Part shown: positions 16,367-22,799 of the stretch, one piece after another | How the letters are laid out: each line of letters begins with the position of its first letter | How positions within the stretch are numbered: position 1 is the first letter of the stretch | Virus record (IMG/VR): IMGVR_UViG_3300048777_000289 | Span: 1-25,095 of that record | DNA length: 25,095 bases | DNA from: a virus | Lineage: Duplodnaviria; Caudoviricetes | Direction: 5' to 3' (one strand) | Notes under the pieces: model-generated | Database searches by the model: none | What the model was told of the DNA's origin: nothing | What the model saw: only the letters and a program-made list of their open reading frames with translations | Position numbers and translations under genes: made by a program

Positions 16367-16441
16367 TTGAGGCGGCGTGTTGCAGGCCGTGATGGATTAA
16401 CGGGATCCGGAGATCTCCTCCGGCGCCATGCACCGCCTCAA
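16367..16441. other. Structured intergenic element (nested inverted repeats)
   Basis: Outer TTGAGGCGG/CCGCCTCAA, TGCA/TGCA, and inner CCGGAG/CTCCGG stems. Confidence 0.5.
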
Positions 16442-16454
16442 ACTTTGAATCTTT

Positions 16455-17159
16455 CTAGTGCCGGTTGACGGCCGTGAATTGATAGTTGGTTCTCATGCGC
16501 AGGTCGCGCTCATCCTGGCGGCGATCGAGCGAAGGCAGCGTGCGGCAGTAACGTTTGATAACCGAGAGTACGTTGGGCGGCGCGTCGACGAGCGGCTCTT
16601 GCACGCTCTCGCCCTCAGTGGAACGGCGCTGCGTGGCGCCCATATTGGGGCGCTCGTTGTAGCGGTAGGCCATCCAGTCGATGATGGCCTGCTCAATGTC
16701 CTCAGGCAGAAGAAGCTGGCCGTCGGTGGCCGGATAAGGTGAGGTGGGCGGCAAGTAGCCGGCGGTGTAGCTAATCTGGACCGGCTGATTGTCTGTAAAT
16801 TTGAGACCCCCCGCCAGCCAGAGGTTGAAGATGCGCTCCGGGTCGATGTCCGAGTCGATATACCAGCCGGGCGCGATCTTGTCAGCGCTGGGCTCAACCA
16901 GATAGGGAGACGGGGCGATATCCAGCGATGCGACGGAAACAATCGGCCAGTGATAGAGAGAAAAGCGGGTGGAACCGTCGCCCCGACGCACCTCAGAGTA
17001 ATCCGCCTGAAGCAGATCCGGGCGCTTGGTGGCGCGCATGAAGTCCTGGCTGCAGGCGGTGATCAGCCGCGAAATGGTCGCGTCGTCATTGGTATTGGTC
17101 GACGTGATGGGTAGCCAGAGCTTTGCGGTGGCCAGCGTGGTCAGATCAGTCGATGCCAT
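16455..17159 (-). CDS. Head-tail adaptor/connector protein (gp6-like fold, copy 2)
   Basis: DLTTL.TAK.WL, DD..I..LITA.S, L..WPIVSV.S, I.YTAGY and P.DIEQA motifs; GGAG RBS. Confidence 0.78.
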   Translation of the reverse strand: MASTDLTTLATAKLWLPITSTNTNDDATISRLITACSQDFMRATKRPDLLQADYSEVRRGDGSTRFSLYHWPIVSVASLDIAPSPYLVEPSADKIAPGWYIDSDIDPERIFNLWLAGGLKFTDNQPVQISYTAGYLPPTSPYPATDGQLLLPEDIEQAIIDWMAYRYNERPNMGATQRRSTEGESVQEPLVDAPPNVLSVIKRYCRTLPSLDRRQDERDLRMRTNYQFTAVNRH

Positions 17160-17167
17160 GGCATCTC

Positions 17168-17195
17168 CAGGGGTTAGGGGTTAGGGATCAGGGGA
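17168..17195 (+). repeat. Telomere-like heptamer array CAGGGGT TAGGGGT TAGGGAT CAGGGGA; four G-tracts
   Basis: Read directly; fills the spacer between the stop at 17198 and the next RBS. Confidence 0.9.
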
Positions 17196-17197
17196 AG

Positions 17198-17404
17198 CTA
17201 CTTCAATGGGAAGTAATGCTCGTCACAGACGAAAGATTCATGCGGAAGCGTCTCATCTATCGTCGCGGGAATGATGTAATACTGATTGGTTTTACACTCC
17301 GCTTCAGCCTTTTCAGCGGAACTAAATATGCCCTGAAAGTGATAAGCAAACTCTCCAGTGTTGAGCGAACGCTGATATTGCATTACAATCCAACAATTTC
17401 TCAT
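17198..17404 (-). CDS. Small phage hypothetical protein, 68 aa
   Basis: GGAG RBS; GIFSSAEKAE motif of a type common in small phage proteins; AT-richer than the flanks. Confidence 0.65.
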   Translation of the reverse strand: MRNCWIVMQYQRSLNTGEFAYHFQGIFSSAEKAEAECKTNQYYIIPATIDETLPHESFVCDEHYFPLK

Positions 17405-17416
17405 GGGAACTCCATT

Positions 17417-17566
17417 TCAATTGGCGGCGTGGCGGCCGACCAGGGCTACCCAAAATGCGGCTGCCTCATTGACTGATCGCGCATTGTGAACATAAATCAC
17501 CTGCGGTGGACGGTAAGCAAAGCGCCAGCCGACGGCGATGTTGGCTAGGATCAAAGTTTCTCTCAT
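17417..17566 (-). CDS. Small hypothetical protein, 49 aa (below the ORF-track cutoff)
   Basis: MRETLILANIAVGWRFAYRPPQVIYVHNARSVNEAAAFWVALVGRHAAN. The ATG overlaps the upstream stop (ATGA) and the ORF fills the gap to the next RBS exactly. Confidence 0.5.
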   Translation of the reverse strand: MRETLILANIAVGWRFAYRPPQVIYVHNARSVNEAAAFWVALVGRHAAN

Positions 17567-18264
17567 GGCCGGTAGCTGAAAACGTGAATAGCGTAGAAGT
17601 CGAGCAGAGCCACGGCTGCTTTGGGAATCAGCTCCAGCTCTAGCGGCTCGGGGCTGGCGAGCTGATAGAGCCGCGCCAGGATGAGTTTGATGGCAGCCTT
17701 GATGGTCTCTGGGCAGGTATCCACCGTAACCCCGTCGCCGTAGCTGCCGGCAACGAAGGTGACAACCACAGAGCCGGGTTTGTAGGTCATCTCAGAGGGC
17801 CAGTAAGTTCCATCCGCGGGCACAATGCGCGCTGGCTCTGAAGTGAGATCGACGTCGTACTGCGAAGGATCGAGAGTTTGCACCGTGTTGCTCTGGTCGA
17901 CGTAGGTGATCGATTTCACGCTATTGGTCTTCGGCCAGGGAACGTCAATGGTGATGCGATTCCAGAAATCGGAATAGTAGGGCCAATCCTTGCGGTAGCT
18001 GGGATTGACAGTGCCGTTGGCGGCCCACCAGAGCGGGAAGTGATCAAGGGTTCTGATCCAGGTCTGGTTATAGATGGCCCGGTTCATGTAACTCTCTGCC
18101 GTGGCCCGCGCGGCGACGATGAAGGGCCGGAGTTGCGCGCCAAGGATCTCCTCCGCAGCCCGATCGGTGTCTTGCATCGGTCCAAAGCCGCATTGCAGCT
18201 TGGCCTGATAGAGCGTGATCGGCTCGGCCACAGGCTCCGTGATGAGTTGCAGATTAAGAGGCAT
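17563..18264 (-). CDS. Head-tail connector protein (phiE125 gp8 / gp6-like, copy 1)
   Basis: P..EPITL..AK, I.AAR..AE.Y..RA..QTW...LD.FP, SV.SITYVD, V.VTF.AG.YG and P..IK.AI motifs. Confidence 0.88.
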   Translation of the reverse strand: MPLNLQLITEPVAEPITLYQAKLQCGFGPMQDTDRAAEEILGAQLRPFIVAARATAESYMNRAIYNQTWIRTLDHFPLWWAANGTVNPSYRKDWPYYSDFWNRITIDVPWPKTNSVKSITYVDQSNTVQTLDPSQYDVDLTSEPARIVPADGTYWPSEMTYKPGSVVVTFVAGSYGDGVTVDTCPETIKAAIKLILARLYQLASPEPLELELIPKAAVALLDFYAIHVFSYRP

Positions 18265-18265
18265 G

Positions 18266-18282
18266 GTTTCGCTCCGCGAAAC
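18266..18282 (-). promoter_or_regulatory. Hairpin GTTTCGC-GGA-GCGAAAC enclosing the SD
   Basis: Perfect 7-bp stem 1 nt before the ATG; the core is identical to 8301-8315. Confidence 0.55.
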
Positions 18283-18316
18283 AGTAATCAGCTGTCAGTG
18301 ATCAGTTGTCAGTTAA
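18282..18316 (+). repeat. Heptamer array CAGTAAT CAGCTGT CAGTGAT CAGTTGT CAGTTAA
   Basis: Read directly; CAG recurs every 7 nt, five times. Confidence 0.8.
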
Positions 18317-18340
18317 AAACAAAGGCAAAAACATGACGGC

Positions 18341-18580
18341 TCAGGAAGTGGTAACTGCCTTCTCGCGATTGCGCTGTCGGCCGCTGCCGGCTGCCGCTGG
18401 CTTGGAAGCGAGGTGAAAGGCCTCTTCCGCGGCTTTGGCGTTGCCGCCGGCAAACTCGATCGCGCTGCCATCGGCAATCCACTGCTTCGCGGTGGTTTCA
18501 GGAACATCGACCAGTTCGCCGGCGACAAACGGCCGCGGCGAATTTGCAACACGAAAGGATTTGAGAATTTGCAGTTTCAT
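18341..18580 (-). CDS. Small head-associated hypothetical protein, 79 aa
   Basis: GAGG RBS and ATG at 18580; GE.VDVPE..AK.WI..G.A motif typical of small genes after HK97-like capsid genes. Confidence 0.7.
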   Translation of the reverse strand: MKLQILKSFRVANSPRPFVAGELVDVPETTAKQWIADGSAIEFAGGNAKAAEEAFHLASKPAAAGSGRQRNREKAVTTS

Positions 18581-18610
18581 GGGAACCTCAGTGAAAAAGT
18601 GAGAAGTGAG

Positions 18611-18654
18611 TTGCTGCCGTGTCAACCATTGGTTGATAGTTGACACGGCAGCAA
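18611..18654 (-). terminator. Perfect 16-bp hairpin after the capsid gene (terminator or mRNA stabiliser)
   Basis: TTGCTGCCGTGTCAAC-12 nt-GTTGACACGGCAGCAA. Confidence 0.55.
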
Positions 18655-18689
18655 AGCTAAGAGCTGAAAATTGAGAGCTGATAGTTGTT
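18655..18689 (+). repeat. Degenerate heptamer array AGCTAAG AGCTGAA AATTGAG AGCTGAT AGTTGTT
   Basis: 7-nt periodicity directly after the capsid stop; (AAGTGAG)x2 lies on the other side of the hairpin at 18597-18610. Confidence 0.6.
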
Positions 18690-18690
18690 G

Positions 18691-19971
18691 TTAGTTGGCC
18701 GGAGTGGCCAGCTTGAGGATGGGATGCGTGCCGGCGTCGGTGAAGGCCGAGCCCAGACGGGCATAGCCGATGAAACCCACTTCAAGGGTGTCAGCGAACC
18801 GCTCGTCGAGTCGCAGGATGGACATGTCGCCGTCCGTGCGTAGCAGGTATCCCTGAGCGAAGTCGCCAAAGAGAACTCCGTTGACTGCGTTGTAGGGGCT
18901 GGCTGCAAAGGCGTTGGGCATCGCCTGGTTGAGCACCAGCGGCCGGCCCAGGATCATGTCCAGCGTGCCGGAGTTGGGGTTGGGGATGAAGAGTGGACGG
19001 CCGTAAAGATCCTTCTGGCCCATGATGGCGGCGCGGCTGATCGAACTCAGAACCCAGCTCGCGTTCGGAAGGTAAGCAGGGTCGAGGGCGGCGTAGAGAT
19101 CGACAAAGTCGCTATACACCGGGCCGTTGGAGCTGGCCGCGGTGGCGCCGAGTGTCGGCCCCTGCGTGGTAGAGATTCCGCCAGCGATGGTCTGGAGCAG
19201 GCCGACGACGTTGGAGTTGTTGCCGTTGGTGATCAGATATTCCAGACCACGGTAGTACCGGAGCGCGAACTTATCGCGCAGCCAGGCATCGAGGTTGAAG
19301 TAGCTGTCGTCGAGCTCCTGACGCGAAACCTTGACCAAAGTGGCCACGGTATCGGTCTGCATAATGAAGCCGGAGAAGCTGGGATCCTGCTCCGCTACAA
19401 CCGAGGCCTCGGCGGTGAGCGTGGTCAGGGTGTTGCCGGTGTCGTTGGAGAGCGCCACCTTGATGGGCGCGCCGTTGTTGTTGGTCACCTTTTTCCCAAC
19501 AATGCTCACCGTGTTGCCGATGTACTTCTGGGCGTCGATCATGGTGGTGAGGAACTGCTGCGGGATCATGGTGGCGCCAGAAGGCCCGGTGCCGGGAGGG
19601 TTCGGGAGGCCGCCGGCGATGGTCACATCGCGGTGCTCCAACAGGCTGCGCTCTTCTTCGTTGAGATGAGAGTAGCCGCGGCGGATGTACTTCTCGAAGG
19701 CTTTGCGCTGGGCGAGCAACTGAACCGGGTCGCTCTCTGCGGCAGAGCCGTCGGGGTTGGGGCGCGGTGGGCGCTGGGTCGAGCGAGAATCGGCGTCGAG
19801 CTTTTCAACCAGCTCCATACGCTTGATATCGCCCTCTTGGACAGCGACGTCGGCCATCATGCGGTCGAACTTGTCGCGATCCTCTTGTGTGACTGCATCC
19901 TGCAGCACGACGCGCTGCGCTTCAGCGATGAGCTGAACGCGCTTTTGGCGCAATTCGATGAGCTTGGACAT
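18691..19971 (-). CDS. Major capsid protein, HK97 fold, 426 aa
   Basis: N-terminal coiled-coil delta domain, VKVSRQELDDS..NL, KDLYGRPLF, ILGRPL, VLFGDF and RLDERFA...VGF motifs. A GAGG RBS favours ATG 19971. Confidence 0.95.
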   Translation of the reverse strand: MSKLIELRQKRVQLIAEAQRVVLQDAVTQEDRDKFDRMMADVAVQEGDIKRMELVEKLDADSRSTQRPPRPNPDGSAAESDPVQLLAQRKAFEKYIRRGYSHLNEEERSLLEHRDVTIAGGLPNPPGTGPSGATMIPQQFLTTMIDAQKYIGNTVSIVGKKVTNNNGAPIKVALSNDTGNTLTTLTAEASVVAEQDPSFSGFIMQTDTVATLVKVSRQELDDSYFNLDAWLRDKFALRYYRGLEYLITNGNNSNVVGLLQTIAGGISTTQGPTLGATAASSNGPVYSDFVDLYAALDPAYLPNASWVLSSISRAAIMGQKDLYGRPLFIPNPNSGTLDMILGRPLVLNQAMPNAFAASPYNAVNGVLFGDFAQGYLLRTDGDMSILRLDERFADTLEVGFIGYARLGSAFTDAGTHPILKLATPAN

Positions 19972-20093
19972 GATAAAACCTCGTGTGGATGTCTGGTCCG
20001 CCATCGCTTCGCGGCGATAGCTTCCAGCCGCAACCTAAACGCTTGCAATTGAATGCAGCGGATCAACCGCGCGCCCAGGCTGCCAAATTTGTG

Positions 20094-21068
20094 TTACTGA
20101 ACTGTTGTCGGGGGTACCGCGAAGATGGGCACAATTTCTTCTCGTGAGAAGGTGCGGGCTGACCGAGCGGAGACGCGACGTTGATCACACTCTGGGCATT
20201 TGTGCTTCGGGGCGCAAAGACCACTCTTTGGATCCCACACATCTCCGAGCCCAAGGCAGCGCGTTTCGGTCTCGGCGCCGGCGATACGGCCCAGGGCTGT
20301 ACTCACCTGTTCGGAAGCCTGCTTGCGCCAGGCGCGATCGCTATCTGCTTCCTTGTCGCCGCCGTCTTCAGCGGCTAATGCACGCCCAGGACTGCAGCGG
20401 CAGTTGACGTCGTCGTAGTCAGGGTTGGAGCGGCTCCCGCAATCGCCGCCCATGCACTGCGAGCAGCCGCAGATACACTCTTCTTCGTCGCCGCCGTCGC
20501 TGTCCTGGGCGCTGCGCTTGGTAAGGATGCGCGCGCGCGTCTCGGCGGGCATGGAGCCGAGCAGAGAACTCACTTGAGAGGCGGCAGCTGGATAGGCGGG
20601 GAAAGTGACTGGAGAAACATCGAAGAGCTCGTCAAACTCCAGAATCTTACGGCTCACGGCGCCGCCATCCTCGTCGGTCCACTGATCCCGCTTGACGGTG
20701 AAGCCAAAACTGGAGCCGGTAACGTCCCCCCGGCGCATAGAGACCAGCAGGTCGCGGGCGGTCTGGGTATCGGGCGGATCGATCTCATAGGACAGGCCGC
20801 GCGCATCGACCTTGAGGCGCAGCGTGCCGGCGCGGGTACGGCCGAGGGGATGGTTGGAGTCGTGATTCCACAGGGCGCGCACGTCGGGATTGGAGGCCAT
20901 CACGCTGTCAAAGGCATGGGGATCGACGGTCTCGCGGAACTCACCGAAACCGCCGCCTAAATCTACACTTTGTGAGTCAAAGACGGCAGCATAGCCGCTA
21001 ATGACCGGCTTGGCATCGTCACTGACGCGAAGTTCCTGCTTGACATAACGGCGCTCGAAATTATTCAT
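20094..21068 (-). CDS. HK97-family prohead protease with Cys-rich C-terminal extension, 324 aa
   Basis: ISGYAAVFDS, VRALWNHD (His), LGRT, GDVTGSSFGF (Ser), LFDVSPVTFPAY. ATG 21068 overlaps the portal stop. Confidence 0.93.
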   Translation of the reverse strand: MNNFERRYVKQELRVSDDAKPVISGYAAVFDSQSVDLGGGFGEFRETVDPHAFDSVMASNPDVRALWNHDSNHPLGRTRAGTLRLKVDARGLSYEIDPPDTQTARDLLVSMRRGDVTGSSFGFTVKRDQWTDEDGGAVSRKILEFDELFDVSPVTFPAYPAAASQVSSLLGSMPAETRARILTKRSAQDSDGGDEEECICGCSQCMGGDCGSRSNPDYDDVNCRCSPGRALAAEDGGDKEADSDRAWRKQASEQVSTALGRIAGAETETRCLGLGDVWDPKSGLCAPKHKCPECDQRRVSARSARTFSREEIVPIFAVPPTTVQ

Positions 21069-22792
21069 GATGCAATCTCCTGTGCTGCGCGGGCGGCTGC
21101 CGCCTCCCGGCTGACGTTGATGTGAATGGAACGCAGGGCGCGGAGAAACTCCTCGCGCGCCAGCTCCGCGGCCGCTGGTTCGTCGGGCTTCGCGGGCCAC
21201 TTAGCGGCGCGGTGGGCTACAGACTTAAGCAGATCGTCGAGAATGGTCTCAGGAGCGGCTTCTGTGGACCCGTTTTGCTCCATAGAGGCGTCGGCGATGG
21301 AGCGAAAAATAGGCCGTAAAAGTGTGGAAATGGTCTCCAAATCACGCTTGTCGCGCTTCAAAAGACGGATAAAGGCATCGCAAAAGACGGGAATGTAGCC
21401 GCGCGTGAAGCGGCCGAGCAGGGCTTTGTCTTCTTTGGAGGGAACAATAGCCGTCTTCGGCGGGGCGCCCTCTGGGCCCGGCACATTGGGATCGGCATCG
21501 ACGGGCTGATCCTGCATCGATTCTGTATCTAGCAGGCGCTCAGCATTCTGCATGTTGACCGGCACCCAATAAACATCACCAATAGGACCGATGGGATTTT
21601 TTCCCAGATCTTTCAGAATGCCGTTGGTGTTAAAAAAGCCCCACTGCTTGCCGACGGCGTAGCCGTCCATGGTGGTTTTGAAGTCACCGCGGAGGCGCTC
21701 GGAGACATCGAACTCCAGCGTATATTTGCCGGCACTGCGGCCCACCGGCGAAAAGAGCTTGCGCAGGAACTCCGCCTCGATGCGGCAGAGATAAGGACGC
21801 AGAGTATCCGTAACAAAACTCAAATTCATCTGCTCAGCGTTGTTATTGCTGAGCCGGGTAGTGTCACCGACGTAGTGTGGGGGCACGCGGAACATGGCGG
21901 CAATATCCGCGCGCTGGAACATGCGAGTTTCAAGGAACTGCGAATCTTGTGGGCTGATCCCTATTTGTTTATAGTCCCAGTTACCTGGCAGCACTGCTAC
22001 TGAACCGGAATTCTCGCCGCCCTGGGTTTGGTTCCAGCTCTCGCGTGCCTCGGTCTTCTGTTTATCGGAGAGCGTTCCCGCTACGCTAAGAATGCCGGAG
22101 GGTCGGGCGCCATTGCCAAAGAAGCGAGCGCCAAACTTTTGAGCGCCGATGGCCAGGCCGATGCCCTGCCGCGCCAGCCAGATGGGAGAAAAACCCTTGA
22201 GGCCGTTGAAGCTGAACAGTGGAACATGGAGCATATTGCTGGCGGGGATGCGGCGCACCTTACCGTCGAACATGCCATCAGTAGTGTCGTAGATCAGGTC
22301 GCCGTTTTGTGCGCGCTTTGGCTCAGTGAGCTGCGGATGGAGCGGCCAGAGTGCAACCGGGCGGCCGCCCTTGTCGCGCTGGATCTCAATGTAGCCGTTA
22401 CCGGTAAGACAGAGTGAGCCGATCAATGCTTCGAATAAGGTGAAGGCTGTCATCTCCGAGTTGGGTTCCCAGCGGAGAAGATAGGCGAGAGGGTGATCGA
22501 TGGCTCTTTTGCGGCCGTTCTCTTGTACTTCCAGGACATAACATGGAAGGGAGGCAACCGCCTCTGCCAGGACACGCACACAGGCGTAGACAGTGGAGAG
22601 CTGCAACGCGGTATTGACGGTGACCTGTTCGCCAGAGGCCGTGGGCTCGCCGCCAGTGGCCCAGGCGAGGAAGCCGGCCGCGGAAAGGGGAACGCTGGGG
22701 TTATTGAGCGAGCTGCTGCGAAGTTCCAGCGAGGTGATATCCGGCTCGCGGGCCTCGTCAACGAACTTCGAAAATGCCTGTCGAATGGACAT
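21065..22792 (-). CDS. Portal protein, HK97 family, 575 aa
   Basis: AL..STVYACVRVLAEAVASLP, L...PN..MT, GNGY, G.SP, FF.NGARPSGIL, DSQFLETR and IA.MFRVPP motifs. Confidence 0.96.
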   Translation of the reverse strand: MSIRQAFSKFVDEAREPDITSLELRSSSLNNPSVPLSAAGFLAWATGGEPTASGEQVTVNTALQLSTVYACVRVLAEAVASLPCYVLEVQENGRKRAIDHPLAYLLRWEPNSEMTAFTLFEALIGSLCLTGNGYIEIQRDKGGRPVALWPLHPQLTEPKRAQNGDLIYDTTDGMFDGKVRRIPASNMLHVPLFSFNGLKGFSPIWLARQGIGLAIGAQKFGARFFGNGARPSGILSVAGTLSDKQKTEARESWNQTQGGENSGSVAVLPGNWDYKQIGISPQDSQFLETRMFQRADIAAMFRVPPHYVGDTTRLSNNNAEQMNLSFVTDTLRPYLCRIEAEFLRKLFSPVGRSAGKYTLEFDVSERLRGDFKTTMDGYAVGKQWGFFNTNGILKDLGKNPIGPIGDVYWVPVNMQNAERLLDTESMQDQPVDADPNVPGPEGAPPKTAIVPSKEDKALLGRFTRGYIPVFCDAFIRLLKRDKRDLETISTLLRPIFRSIADASMEQNGSTEAAPETILDDLLKSVAHRAAKWPAKPDEPAAAELAREEFLRALRSIHINVSREAAAARAAQEIAS

Positions 22793-22799
22793 TGATCAC

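Noticed and set aside
16369-16439. tRNA-sized element with a 7-bp GAGGCGG/CCGCCTC closing stem
   Set aside because: No TTC T-loop, D-loop or anticodon arm on either strand; kept only as a generic structured element.
6200-17195. G-rich arrays as CRISPR repeats, eukaryotic telomere contamination or assembly artefacts
   Set aside because: There are no spacers, and the arrays are short, degenerate and sit cleanly between intact phage genes.
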